From contig OY970192.1 of assembly GCA_963708135.1 (NCBI GenBank), positions 1,696,001-1,760,000 on the forward strand: a stretch of 64,000 nucleotides of DNA. Reading direction: 5' to 3'. Below the pieces are notes generated by a model. The model did not search any database, was not told where the DNA came from, and was given only the letters and a program-made list of their open reading frames with translations. Below are positions 28,583 through 38,807 of this stretch, in pieces (the stretch's first letter is position 1; each line of letters begins with the position of its first letter). The position numbers were made by a program, and so were the translations under genes. Source of the stretch: an uncultured Gemmatimonadales bacterium (GTDB taxonomy: Bacteria; Gemmatimonadota; Gemmatimonadetes; Longimicrobiales; RSA9).

Positions 28583-30352
28583 TCAGAGCCTCGGCGGCGT
28601 GGCGGTCGCCGGGATCCGGAGCTTGCGCTGCACGGCCCGGAAGCGCGGATCGTCGCGGATCGGGTCGAACACCGGGAGCCACAGGTCGCGCGCCCGGGAG
28701 TACAGCTCGCCCGGCCCCGTGTCGCGCGCCCAGCGCTCGAGGGCAGCGAGCGCCGCCTCCCGCTGCCCCAGCACGCTGTACCAGACCGGGCGGAGCATCC
28801 CGCCGAACGCGGCCTGCAGGACCGTCGTCGTATCGATCAGTCCCAGCACGGCGCCCCGCTGCGCCGGATCGGCCGCGGCGCGCACGAGCCTGGCCGCTTC
28901 ATCGTCGTCTTCCTGAAACTGCGCCGCGGCGGCCCTGATCGTCTGCTCCGCCTCCGCGTACCGGTGCGCCAGGAGCAGCGTCATCGCCAGGTAGGAGCGC
29001 GACCAGCGGTAATCGGGGCGTTCGCGGATGTCGATCCGGAACTGGTCGATGGCATCGTCGTAGCGGTGCCCGGCCGTGAGGAGCGTCGCGAGCACGTAGC
29101 GCGGGTTCGGCGCCAGCGGGTCCAGCGCGACGGCCTTCTTCTCCTGGGCCAAGGCCGCCCCGAGATCACCCCTGGTGTGCAGCATCTGCGCGAACTGGTT
29201 GTGCGCCTCGGCGGAGCTCGGGTTCAGCGCGACCGCGGCCTCGTATTCCGGCCGCGCCGCCTCGAACTGGAGGCGGTCGCGAAGCACGTTGGCGAGCGCG
29301 CAATGCGCATCGCCGTTGTCGGGATCGAGCGCGAGGGCCCGCCGCGCCGCTCGTTCGGCGGCGTCGAGCGAAGGCGTCCAGTCGGCGAGATCGTACCAGG
29401 GGAGCAGCTCCCGCGCCTGCGCGAGCGCCGCCCACGCGGCCGCATAGGAGGAGTCGAGGGCGACGGCCTGCGCGAGCTGCGCCGTCGCCGCGTTGAGCGC
29501 CGGGCCGCGGTTCGCGATGTTCGCGATTCCGCGCAGATACAGCTCGTGCGCGCGCACGTTGGCGGTGGCGGGCGGCGGAGTGGCCCGCGCGCCCAGCTTC
29601 AGCTCCAGCGCGTCGGCGATCGCGCGGCTGATCTCATCCTCGACGGCGAAGATGTTCTCGGCGCTGCGGTCGTACCGCTTCGACCAGATGTGGTAGTCGG
29701 TGCGCGTGTCGATCAGCTGCGCCGTGATCCGGACCTCGTTGCCGGCCCGCTGCACGCTCCCCTCGAGCACCGTCGCGACGTGCAGCGCCCGGCCGATCTC
29801 GCTCAGGTTCAGGTTCCGCCCCTTGTACGCGAACGAAGACGTGCGCCCCGCCACCTGCAGCCCCGGGATCTGCGCGAGCGCGTTCAGGATCTCCTCCGTG
29901 ATCCCATCGCTGAAGTACTCCTGCGCCGCATCGGCGCTCATGTTGACGAACGGAAGCACCGCGATCGACCGGGCCGGGCCGGTCCCGGGGTCCGGCACCG
30001 CCGCGGCGCGCCCGTGCCGCGACAGCCACCAGGCGCCGACGCCCACGCCCACGGCGAGCAGGATGAGAAACAGGACGACGGCGGGCCGGCCGCCCCGGCC
30101 TGCCGCCGCCGGCCCCGCGTGCCTGATGCCGTCCGGCGTGATGTCGAACGCCCAGGCCAGGGCGACCGCGACGGGGAACCCCAGCGCGACCAGCACCAGC
30201 ACGACCTTGCCCACCCAGAGCGGCGCGCCGAGCATGGGCAGCACGGCGCTCGCGCCCTGCACCACGGCCCACGCGCCCACGGCGTAGATCGCGGCCACGC
30301 GGAATACGCGCCGCCGCTCGAGCTCCGACAGCCAGTTACCGATCAGCGACAT
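28583..30352 (-). CDS. Membrane-anchored TolB-N-like/TPR protein
   Basis: ELERRRVFRVAAIY, three TM, SIAVLPFVNMS..QEYFSDGITEEI, TPRs, DPIRDDPRF. Confidence 0.85.
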   Translation of the reverse strand: MSLIGNWLSELERRRVFRVAAIYAVGAWAVVQGASAVLPMLGAPLWVGKVVLVLVALGFPVAVALAWAFDITPDGIRHAGPAAAGRGGRPAVVLFLILLAVGVGVGAWWLSRHGRAAAVPDPGTGPARSIAVLPFVNMSADAAQEYFSDGITEEILNALAQIPGLQVAGRTSSFAYKGRNLNLSEIGRALHVATVLEGSVQRAGNEVRITAQLIDTRTDYHIWSKRYDRSAENIFAVEDEISRAIADALELKLGARATPPPATANVRAHELYLRGIANIANRGPALNAATAQLAQAVALDSSYAAAWAALAQARELLPWYDLADWTPSLDAAERAARRALALDPDNGDAHCALANVLRDRLQFEAARPEYEAAVALNPSSAEAHNQFAQMLHTRGDLGAALAQEKKAVALDPLAPNPRYVLATLLTAGHRYDDAIDQFRIDIRERPDYRWSRSYLAMTLLLAHRYAEAEQTIRAAAAQFQEDDDEAARLVRAAADPAQRGAVLGLIDTTTVLQAAFGGMLRPVWYSVLGQREAALAALERWARDTGPGELYSRARDLWLPVFDPIRDDPRFRAVQRKLRIPATATPPRL

Positions 30353-30450
30353 GGGGTCAGCCGGATGTCCCTCGCGGGTGAGGCCACAAGGTGGATCGGA
30401 GGTGCGCCGGAGCGCAACACCTGCCTTCCCCCTCGTGGCCCCCCGGGGCT

Positions 30451-30701
30451 GGGGGAGCGGCGGGTGGGGGTGAAGCGGGTGTGGGTGGGGGCGAGGTCGG
30501 GGGTGGGGGCACCGCGGGAGCGAGGCGGGTGGGGGTCTGCTTCGGGTGGGGGGCTCTCCCATGGGGCTCTCCCGTCGCTCCCGCTGTAAACCCCCACCCG
30601 CGGTGAGACCCGCGGTGCCCCCACCCGCGGGGCCGCGGGGTCGGAGGGGGCGTCCCCCGCCCCCACCCTCGCCCGCAGCACCCTCACCCGCCGTTGCCCC
30701 C
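30451..30701. repeat. ~250-bp nested imperfect palindrome built of GGGTGGGGG/CCCCCACCC units
   Basis: GGGTGGGGG at 30462, 30483, 30501, 30527, 30544; complements at 30591, 30618, 30660 and (one mismatch) 30681. Confidence 0.75.
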
Positions 30702-30754
30702 GCCCGCCGTTGACTGCTCCGGCGCGCCCGCCGGCGGTCACCCGCCGCTGCGCG

Positions 30755-31324
30755 TCAACCGAGCACGTTCCTGTAGATCTCCGCCAGCTCCAGGACGCAC
30801 CCGATCGAGGCCAGCTCGACCAGCGTATCCAGCCCACGGAAGTCGCTCAGCAGCCAGTCGCCGCCGCTCTGCCGCTGCTGCCGCTGGATGAGCGGCTCCT
30901 CCTGGGATGCCAGGACATACTCCTGCAGCGACTCGAGCCGGCGGTAGTGCTCCGCTTTCCGGCCCCGGTCGTAATCCTCCGTGGATGGCGAGAGCACCTC
31001 GACGAGGAGCACGGGGTTGAGCAGCGTATCGAAGTTGTCGTCCTCGAGCCGCGGCTCGCCACAGACGACGGCGATGTCCGGGTACGTGTAGAGCCCCGTG
31101 GGATCCACCTTGACCCGCATATCGCTCGGATAGACGTCGCACGGCCCGCCCCGAAGCTGGCGATCGAGCGCAACGACCAGGTTCTTCACCACCAGGACGT
31201 GCTTTCGGCTCGCCCCCTCCATCGCGAACACTTCGCCCGAGAAGTACTCGTGCTTCGTCTCCGCGTGCCGCTCCGCCTCGAGGTATTCCTCGGCCGTGAT
31301 GCGCGGCCTCGGCCGTGTCGCCAT
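30755..31324 (-). CDS. Uma2-family (PD-(D/E)xK) endonuclease
   Basis: EEYLEAE...KHEY, YTYPDIAVVC, VEVLSPSTEDYDRGRK. Confidence 0.92.
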   Translation of the reverse strand: MATRPRPRITAEEYLEAERHAETKHEYFSGEVFAMEGASRKHVLVVKNLVVALDRQLRGGPCDVYPSDMRVKVDPTGLYTYPDIAVVCGEPRLEDDNFDTLLNPVLLVEVLSPSTEDYDRGRKAEHYRRLESLQEYVLASQEEPLIQRQQRQSGGDWLLSDFRGLDTLVELASIGCVLELAEIYRNVLG

Positions 31325-31453
31325 GGGGGTCTTCCCGCCGGGGTCCGTGGACACTGCGCCTCCCGCGTCAACTCGTTACGCTTCCGCCCGGGGCAATGGA
31401 ATAACCGAAACGGCCGCTCCGCCGGAGGCCTCGCCCCCGGCCGCACCGGCCGG

Positions 31454-32295
31454 CTACCGGACCCGCACGCCCCTGGCCGTGTCCCAGTGCAGCACATGCT
31501 CGTGCTTCGGCAAAGGCGCGCCGGGCGCCTCCGCGATCGTCACGCCGTACGTCCAGCTCGGCGGGCAGATCGCGACGTAGCGCGCGTAGCCGCCCGTGCC
31601 GCCCTTGAACTTCGGGTAGCCGATCGTCACCAGGCAGCCCGTCGCCGGCACCTCGTCCAGGTGCGCCACCCCCTCCGCCTGCGTGTAGCCGTGGTGCATC
31701 AGCCAGTGCTCGCCTTCGAGCGTGGCCGTCGTGTCCGTGTCCAGCGGCTCGTGGCCGTGGAACAGGATGTGGCGCTCCAGGTGGAGGAGCTGGAGCGCGG
31801 CAAGCGACACGCCGGGGAAGATCTTCTCGCCCGCGAGGGCGGGCTCCGGCCAGCGCTTCGACCAGTCCGATCGGACCATGACGACGGCGCCCGCCGGAAC
31901 GCGTCCGTGCCCCGCCTCCCAGCGCCGGATGTCCGAGACCTGGAGGTGGTAGCGTCGACGATCGAGATCACCACCAGCGGCCGCACCGCGTAGGTCGGCG
32001 GCAGCTCGTCGATGGCGGGGTATTCCGGCGCCCAGTGCGCCGGCGGGTCCAGCTGGTTGCCGAACTGGTCCGTCGCCAGATCGTAGTGGGTCGCCGCGAA
32101 GCCGTCCTCCGCGTACGTGTACGCCCGCCCCGTCGCCGGATCGACCGTCGGGCTGAAGCGCGCCCGCTCCAGGGCGACGCCGCGCCGCGCGCCGTACCAC
32201 GCGCCGGCCAGCGCCACGCCCGCCAACGCGAGGCCGTAAAGCGCCAGCCGGCCGAGGAGCGAGAGCTCGACTGCGCCGCGCCGACCGATCTTCAT
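31454..32295 (-). pseudogene. Cyclase/kynurenine-formamidase family gene, frameshifted near 31952
   Basis: TDQFGNQLDPPAHW in one frame; VRSDWSKRW, HGHEPLDTD, GGTGGYARYVAI in another. The N-terminal VDLTH segment also appears missing. Confidence 0.72.
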
Positions 32296-32563
32296 CGCAC
32301 CCTCTCGTCGCCGCGCCCACGCGCCGGCAACGCCGGCCCGTGAGGCCCGTGGTCGTGATTCCTGCTGGGGGGGTCGCCCGCAACATAGGATCCCGCGCGC
32401 CGGCAAGGTAGGCTGCAGTGCCGCCTCGAGAGCGCGCCTCCGCTCTCCCCTTGCGCTCCGACAGGAGCATCGCCTATCCTTCGTCCTGTCGCACCCCGAC
32501 AGGAGCGCCCCTGCCCGCGCGCCGTCGGGCGACACGCCGACACCGACCTCACGGAGCGCCGCC

Positions 32564-32896
32564 ATGGCAGTTGCCGAGTCCGACGTCCTCCAGGGCACGC
32601 TGGACCTCCTGATCCTGCGCACGCTGTCGCTCCAGCCGATGCACGGGTGGGGGATCAGCCAGCGCATCCAGCAGCTCTCTCGGGAGGCGCTCCAGGTCGG
32701 GCAGGGCTCGCTCTACCCTGCCCTGCACCGGCTGGAGCGGCGCGGCTGGATCGGGGCCGAGTGGTCCACCACGGAGAACAACCGGCGGGCGAAGTACTAC
32801 GACCTGACGGCGCGCGGCCGGCGCGCGCTGGGCGAGGAGATCGCGAGCTGGCGTCGCTTCACGCAGGCCGTGGAGCTGGTGCTGACGGGCGCCTGA
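32564..32896 (+). CDS. PadR-family transcriptional regulator
   Basis: [33 protein letters not shown]. Confidence 0.93.
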   Translation: MAVAESDVLQGTLDLLILRTLSLQPMHGWGISQRIQQLSREALQVGQGSLYPALHRLERRGWIGAEWSTTENNRRAKYYDLTARGRRALGEEIASWRRFTQAVELVLTGA

Positions 32897-32909
32897 GGAG
32901 GAAGGGACG

Positions 32910-35537
32910 ATGCCGCGAATGCCATGGCTGGCGGTCCGGCTCCGGGCGCTGTTCGCCCGCGACCGGCTGGAGGCGGAGCTGGACGACGAGCTGCGCTTCC
33001 ACGTCGAGATGGAGACGGCGAAGAACCTGGCAGAAGGGCTGTCGCCGCAGGAGGCGAAGCGCCGGGCGCTAGTGGCGTTCGGCGGCGTGGAGCGGTACCG
33101 GGAGGCGGCGAGGGACGCGCGAGGCATCCGGCCGCTGGAAGACGCGTGGCAGGACCTGCGCTACGGCATCCGGGTCCTGGCGCGCACGCCGGTGGCGTCG
33201 CTCCTGGTCGTCCTCACTCTGGCGCTCGCGATCGGGGCCGGCACGACCACCTACAGCCTGGTCTCGGGCGTGGTCCTCCGCTCGTTCCCATACCGCGACG
33301 CCGATCGGCTGGTGATGGTCTGGGCGGCGCCGCAGGAACGCCCGGAGGGGGCCGGCGGTGCCACCCTCTCGGACGGGGCCGCCCAAACGCTGCTTTCGCC
33401 CACCGGGGCCCTGGCATCGGCCGCGGCGGTCATCGGCGCGCAGCCGGTCCTCACGGGGCTGGGCGACCCGCGGCGAGTGTACGCGCTGCGGGTCGGGCCG
33501 CGTTTCTTCGAGGTGTTCGGCACCGGCCCCGCTCGCGGGCGGCTCATCACGGCGTCGGACATCCGGGAAGGCGCCCACGCGGTGGTGGTGAGCCACCGCT
33601 TCTGGCTGGATCGGCTGGGGGGCGCGCCGGATGCCGTCGGCCGCACGGTCCACCTGGACGGCGAACCGTACGAGGTCGTCGGGATCATGCCGCCGCGGTT
33701 CGAGCTGCCCGCGGATGTGGAGCTCTGGCTGCCCGCGGCGGCCGGGGCGCCGAGCATGGCGACCGCCCCGGTTCCGGAGCCGGGGGGGCAGGTGCAGGGA
33801 CGATACCTGCTCGTGGGTCGCCTCGCGCCCGGCCTGAGTCGGGAGCAGGCGACCGCGCGGCTCGCGATACCGTTCTCCGCCGCGTTCCCGCGCTGGAAGC
33901 CGTCGCTCCAGCCCGTGCGCGACCTGGTCGTAAGCGCCGTCCGGAAGCCGCTCCTGCTGCTCCTGATGGCGGTCGTGCTGCTGCTGGTCCTCGCCTGCGC
34001 CAACGTGGCCGCCGTGCTCCTGGCCCGCGGCGTCGCGCGCCGCCGTGAGATCGCGATCCGTCTCGCCGTGGGCGCCGGCCGCGGCCGCGTGCTCCGCCAG
34101 CTCCTGACGGAGTCGCTGGTGCTGGGGCTCGTGGCCGGCGCCGCCGGCGTCGGCCTCACCCTGTGGGCGCTGCCGGCCGCCATCTCGCTGGCGCGCGCGC
34201 AGCTCCCCGGCGTCGCCGGGATCGCGCTGGACTGGCGGGTCCTGGGAGCGGCCGTGGCCGCCAGCCTGGCGACGGGGCTGCTGGCCGGCATCCTGCCGGC
34301 GGTGGTGGCGGTACGGGAGGCGCCGTCGCGCGCGCTGAAGGACGGCGACGCGCGGGCCGGCGCGAGCCGGGGGCGCCTGCGGCTCGGTGAAGGGCTGGTG
34401 GTGCTCCAGGTGACGCTGAGCACGGTCCTCGTCACCGCCGGCACGCTCCTCGGCCTCAGCTTCCGCCAGCTCACGCACGTCAACCTCGGCTTCGACGCCG
34501 AGCAGGTCACGGTGGCCCAGCTCCGGCTGCCGTCGGAGCGTTACGCCAGCCAGGACACCCGCACCGCCTTCATGACCCGGGTCCTCGAGCGGGCGCGGGC
34601 CATCCCGGGCGCACGCGGCGCGACCGTCGCCTCCGGAATCCCGCTCCACGGCGCCGCCCTCGGCTCGGTCGAGATCGCCGGGCTCACGTTGCCCGCCAGC
34701 CCTCCGCTGACCTGGTTCACCGGGGTGACGCCGGACTACTTCGACGTCTTCGGACTGCGCCTGCTCCGCGGCCGCGCATTCCCCCGGACAGGGGCCGCGG
34801 AGCCGGACGGCATCCTGGTGAACGAGGCCTTCGTGCGCACGTTCTTCCCTGCCGGCAACCCGATCGGGCGGACCGTCCACTACTTCGGCGACGTCGCCGG
34901 GCGCATCACTGGCGTGGTGTCCGACGTCCGGCAGAGCTCGCTCGCCGACCCGCCCGATCCGCAGCTCTACTATCCGCTCCATCCCGGCGGAATTGGCACC
35001 TACCTGCACGTGGCCATCCGCACGGCCGGCGATCTGCGCGGCACCACCGCCGCCCTCGAGTCGGCGATCCGCGCGGTGGATCGCCTCATGCCGATCGACG
35101 AGATCGGCCCCATGCGCAACAGGGTGGCCGAGTCCGTCGCCCGCCAGCACCTCTACGCCGTCGTGTTCACCGCCTTCTCGCTGATCGCCCTCCTCATCGC
35201 CGCTCTCGGCATCTACGGCCTGACCGCCTACACCGTGCGCAGCCGGACCCGCGAGATCGGCATCCGCATGGCCCTCGGCGCCACCCCACGTCGTATCCAC
35301 GCCACCACCGTCGCCCACACCGCCATCCTCGCCGCAGCCGGCGTCGCCTTCGGCCTCGCCGCCGCCGCCGCGGCCGGACGGCTGCTCGAGTCCATGCTCT
35401 TCGGCGTCACCGCGACCGATCCCGTGATCTTCACCGCCGCCGCGGCGCTGCTCGCCGCCGTGGCCATCGTGGCGGCGTCCGTTCCGGCCACGCGGGCGGC
35501 GCGCGTAGACCCCATGACCGTGCTGCGCGCCGATTAG
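32910..35537 (+). CDS. ADOP/MacB-like duplicated ABC permease
   Basis: ELDDELRFH, QDLRYG, LACANVA, REIGIRMALGA, RAARVDPM; PadR pairing. Confidence 0.92.
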   Translation: MPRMPWLAVRLRALFARDRLEAELDDELRFHVEMETAKNLAEGLSPQEAKRRALVAFGGVERYREAARDARGIRPLEDAWQDLRYGIRVLARTPVASLLVVLTLALAIGAGTTTYSLVSGVVLRSFPYRDADRLVMVWAAPQERPEGAGGATLSDGAAQTLLSPTGALASAAAVIGAQPVLTGLGDPRRVYALRVGPRFFEVFGTGPARGRLITASDIREGAHAVVVSHRFWLDRLGGAPDAVGRTVHLDGEPYEVVGIMPPRFELPADVELWLPAAAGAPSMATAPVPEPGGQVQGRYLLVGRLAPGLSREQATARLAIPFSAAFPRWKPSLQPVRDLVVSAVRKPLLLLLMAVVLLLVLACANVAAVLLARGVARRREIAIRLAVGAGRGRVLRQLLTESLVLGLVAGAAGVGLTLWALPAAISLARAQLPGVAGIALDWRVLGAAVAASLATGLLAGILPAVVAVREAPSRALKDGDARAGASRGRLRLGEGLVVLQVTLSTVLVTAGTLLGLSFRQLTHVNLGFDAEQVTVAQLRLPSERYASQDTRTAFMTRVLERARAIPGARGATVASGIPLHGAALGSVEIAGLTLPASPPLTWFTGVTPDYFDVFGLRLLRGRAFPRTGAAEPDGILVNEAFVRTFFPAGNPIGRTVHYFGDVAGRITGVVSDVRQSSLADPPDPQLYYPLHPGGIGTYLHVAIRTAGDLRGTTAALESAIRAVDRLMPIDEIGPMRNRVAESVARQHLYAVVFTAFSLIALLIAALGIYGLTAYTVRSRTREIGIRMALGATPRRIHATTVAHTAILAAAGVAFGLAAAAAAGRLLESMLFGVTATDPVIFTAAAALLAAVAIVAASVPATRAARVDPMTVLRAD

Positions 35538-35667
35538 CGAGGCGACGCTGGGACCGCCGGCTCCGGGAGGTGGCGAGGAATCCGGGATCGGCGATGGAGT
35601 GAGGCCCGTGCGGGCCCCGCAGGCGGCCCCCTCGTTGCACCGCACGCAGAGCTCCGTCCCGCCGGGC

Positions 35668-35704
35668 TTGACAGTACGTCTACGACTAGTCATAATCTTA
35701 CTAT
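35668..35704 (+). promoter_or_regulatory. Sigma-70 promoter (leaderless) with overlapping inverted repeat
   Basis: TTGACA-17-CATAAT, ATG 8 nt after the -10, no RBS; TAGT-N9-ACTA overlaps the -10. Confidence 0.7.
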
Positions 35705-36328
35705 ATGAGCCCACGCCGCGCCGGCCTCTCGCCCCTCGCCCTCGTCGTCCTCGCGCTCCTGGACGAGGGTCCCATGTATCCGTACCGGATGCAGCAGCTG
35801 ATCCGCGAGCGGGGGAAGGACGAGGTCGTCAACGTCCGGTACCGGGCCAGCCTCTACCAGACTATCGCCCGCCTGGAGCGCGATGGCCTGGTCGAGATCC
35901 AGGGCACTGCCCGGACGGAGAACCGGCCCGAGCGGACCGTCTATCAACTCACCGACGCGGGCCGTGAGGCCGTCCACGCCTGGCTGCGGGAGATGCTCGC
36001 CAGGCCGGCCTCCGAGTTCCCCGAGTTCCCGGCCGCCCTCTCCTTCATCTACCTGCTGGAGCCGGAGGCCGCGCGGGAGGAGCTGGCCCGGAGGGCCGAC
36101 GCCCTGGATGCCGAGCGGCGACGCCTGTCCGGGGTGCTGGATGAGCACGCCGACTCGGTGCCGCGCCTCTTCCTGCTGGAGCTGGAGTACCTGAAGACGG
36201 CGGCCGAGGCGGAGCTGGCCTGGGTGCGCCGCGTCGTGGACGACCTGGGCGCCGGCCGTCTCGGCTGGAGCCCGGCCTGGATCCGGCGCACCGTCCACCC
36301 CTCTGAAGAAGACGAGAGCGATACATGA
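35705..36328 (+). CDS. PadR-family regulator with C-terminal extension
   Basis: PMYPYRM, SLYQTIARLE, RPERTVYQLTDAG. Confidence 0.88.
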   Translation: MSPRRAGLSPLALVVLALLDEGPMYPYRMQQLIRERGKDEVVNVRYRASLYQTIARLERDGLVEIQGTARTENRPERTVYQLTDAGREAVHAWLREMLARPASEFPEFPAALSFIYLLEPEAAREELARRADALDAERRRLSGVLDEHADSVPRLFLLELEYLKTAAEAELAWVRRVVDDLGAGRLGWSPAWIRRTVHPSEEDESDT

Positions 36329-37389
36329 CGAACTCGAGACTCACGCCGGCGGCACGAACACTCCGCAGAATCGCGCCCGCGCTGGCGCTGCTGGTCATTG
36401 CGCCGCTGATCGCGGAGTTCCTGCTGGGCGACTTCAACATCCGGCAGATCGGCTATCTTGCCGTGTTCGTTCCGGTGTACGGCGCCGGGGCGCTGCTGGT
36501 GCGCGAGATCGCGCGCCGTGCGCGGCGCGGCTGGCCGACCATGCTGCTGCTCGCGCTGGCCTGTGCGCTGATCCTGGAAGGATTCGCCAACCAGACGCTG
36601 TTCAATCCGAGCTACGCGGGTCAGCGCCTGCTGGACTACGGCTTCGTTCCCGCGCTGGGGACGTCGTTCAACTTCACGGTCTACGTGCTGACGCTGCACG
36701 TCGTGTGGAGCCTGGGCAGCTCGGTGGCGCTGGCCGAAGGCCTGGCCGGCGCGCGCTGGCGCGAACCCTGGCTGCGGCTGCCCGGCCTGGTCGTGACGGC
36801 GGCGTTGTTCCTGCTCGGCTGCGCCGCCACCACGAGCTTCACGCTGCGCACGTTTCACTTCGTCGCCTCCGTGGGCCAGTTCGCGGCCGTCGCCATCATC
36901 CTGTTGGCCGTCGTCGTGGCGGCGTTCGCGCTCTTCCGCGCCGCCCGCAACGGCGCGCTCGAGCCCGGCGGCGGCGCCTCGGGCGACGAAGCCAGCCGCG
37001 CCCCCTCCTTCTGGCTGGTCCTGGCCGTGGCGCTCGTGCTGTCCAGCGCGTTCCAGCGCTGGTTCGCCTACGCGCCGCGCCACGGGCTGAATGCCGGGCT
37101 CGGTCTGGCCGGATTGCTGGCGCTCGAGGTTGCGGCCGTCGTTCTGTTCGCCGTGTGGTCGCGCCGTCCCGGCTGGGGACCGGCGCATGTGCTGGCGGCA
37201 GCGACCGGCGCGATCCTGACCTACGGCTGGATCAGCCTGCGCCGCCTGGTGGTGGCCGGCGGCACCTCCCTGGGCGTGCCCACGACCCCGATCGACGTGG
37301 TGGGCCAGGCGGTTCTGCTGCTCGTGATGCTCGGGGCGAGCTACCTCGCGTGGCGGCGGCTTCGGCGCCGACCCCGCCGGACCGCCTGA
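36325..37389 (+). CDS. Multi-pass membrane protein, unknown function
   Basis: About 9-10 hydrophobic segments; ATGA-coupled to PadR. Confidence 0.75.
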   Translation: MTNSRLTPAARTLRRIAPALALLVIAPLIAEFLLGDFNIRQIGYLAVFVPVYGAGALLVREIARRARRGWPTMLLLALACALILEGFANQTLFNPSYAGQRLLDYGFVPALGTSFNFTVYVLTLHVVWSLGSSVALAEGLAGARWREPWLRLPGLVVTAALFLLGCAATTSFTLRTFHFVASVGQFAAVAIILLAVVVAAFALFRAARNGALEPGGGASGDEASRAPSFWLVLAVALVLSSAFQRWFAYAPRHGLNAGLGLAGLLALEVAAVVLFAVWSRRPGWGPAHVLAAATGAILTYGWISLRRLVVAGGTSLGVPTTPIDVVGQAVLLLVMLGASYLAWRRLRRRPRRTA

Positions 37390-37518
37390 CGCCACCCAGA
37401 CGACATCGGGCGCGCCGGCCCGCCGCGCGCGCTCGACCGCCGCGGCGAACGTCCGCGGCCGGACACAACTCACACATCGCCGCGGTCCCCGGGACGCGGG
37501 CGCAGAAAGCGCCCCTAT

Positions 37519-37636
37519 GCGGACCAAACCCCGCCGCGTCCGAGAACGCCGGAAACGGAGCCGCACTTTGGTCCGCCGGGCGGACCGAAGTGCGACCGCG
37601 TCTTTGCGCCGGCGAGGGACACGCAGTTTGGTCCGC
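37519..37636. repeat. REP-like cluster of alternating GCGGACCAAA / TTTGGTCCGC half-sites
   Basis: Four half-sites; central near-perfect palindrome 37562-37594; lies between convergent genes. Confidence 0.6.
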
Positions 37637-37750
37637 TCGGGCGTGGCGACGCGCCGGGCCCTGGCATTACGTCTTCGCGCCACCCGCGGCCGCCCACCTC
37701 GCGCGTGCCATTCCAGCCGGCTTCAGCCGCGCGACGACGCCGCGCCGTCG

Positions 37751-38638
37751 CTACGTGATGGACGCCCGGTAGATGCTCTCGATGGCGGCGTCGAGGGTGG
37801 CGTTGAACTCGTCGTCGCTCTGCTGGGCCGTGAGGCCCTCGCTGAGGGCCCGGGAGAAGCTCGCGATGACGCCGTGGTTGCGCGCGAGCTTTTCATTGGC
37901 CTCATCCCGGCTGTAGCCCCCCGAGAGTGCCACGACCTTGAGGACGCGCGGGTGCTCGACGAGCTCGCGGTAGAAGTCGTCCTCTTCGGGGAGGGTCAGC
38001 TTGAACATGACGGGCGCGTCGCCCGGAATGGCCTCCAGGCCTTCGACCAGGCGGCGACGGAGCAGCGCCTCGGCCTCCGCCTTGTCGGGGCTGTGGATAT
38101 CCACCTCCGGCTCCAGGATCGGCACGAGGTCCGCGGCCTGGATCTCGAGCGCCACGTCGAACTGCTGGTCGGCGATGTCGGCCACGCCGGCGGGGTCCGC
38201 CCGCTTGATCACCGAGCGCATCTTGGTGCCGAAGACGCCGTGCTCTCTCGCCCGAGCCAGGAGCTCCGCGAGGCCCGGGATCGGCTTCATGCGCTGCACG
38301 CCGTCCGCCTCTTTCTCGAGCCCCTTGTCCACCTTGAGGAACGGCACGACGTGCTTCACCGTCCAGAGGTACTCCGCCGAGCCACGCCCGTCGATCTGCC
38401 GGTCCATCGTGTTCTCGAAGAGGATGGCGCCGACCACCCGGTCGCCGTTGAAGGCGGGGCTGGTGATCATGCGCGTGCGCATCTCGTGGATGCGGTCGAA
38501 CATCTCCGTCTCGTTCCGGTAGGCGTCCGGCCCGACGCCGTACGCCTCGAGCGCCTTGGGCGTGCTGCCGCCGCTCTGGTCGAGCGCAGCGATGAAGCCG
38601 TTGCCCTCGTGGATCCTGTTCCGCTGCTCCGCGTTCAT
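37751..38638 (-). CDS. fda: Fructose-bisphosphate aldolase class I
   Basis: [49 protein letters not shown]. Confidence 0.93.
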   Translation of the reverse strand: MNAEQRNRIHEGNGFIAALDQSGGSTPKALEAYGVGPDAYRNETEMFDRIHEMRTRMITSPAFNGDRVVGAILFENTMDRQIDGRGSAEYLWTVKHVVPFLKVDKGLEKEADGVQRMKPIPGLAELLARAREHGVFGTKMRSVIKRADPAGVADIADQQFDVALEIQAADLVPILEPEVDIHSPDKAEAEALLRRRLVEGLEAIPGDAPVMFKLTLPEEDDFYRELVEHPRVLKVVALSGGYSRDEANEKLARNHGVIASFSRALSEGLTAQQSDDEFNATLDAAIESIYRASIT

Positions 38639-38807
38639 GCTCCCCCTCCCGTGGTGGCGTTTCGGATCGCGGGCTCGCGGGTGCGCACGCGCGCCGCGCC
38701 GGAATCGTCGTTCGTCGCCTCAGTCAGGATCGGTGCCAGCCCCGAGCGACGCAAGCGGGGGCGGTCGATCCGCCGCACACCCCCGAGGCGCCGCGTGGCG
38801 GTCCAGG

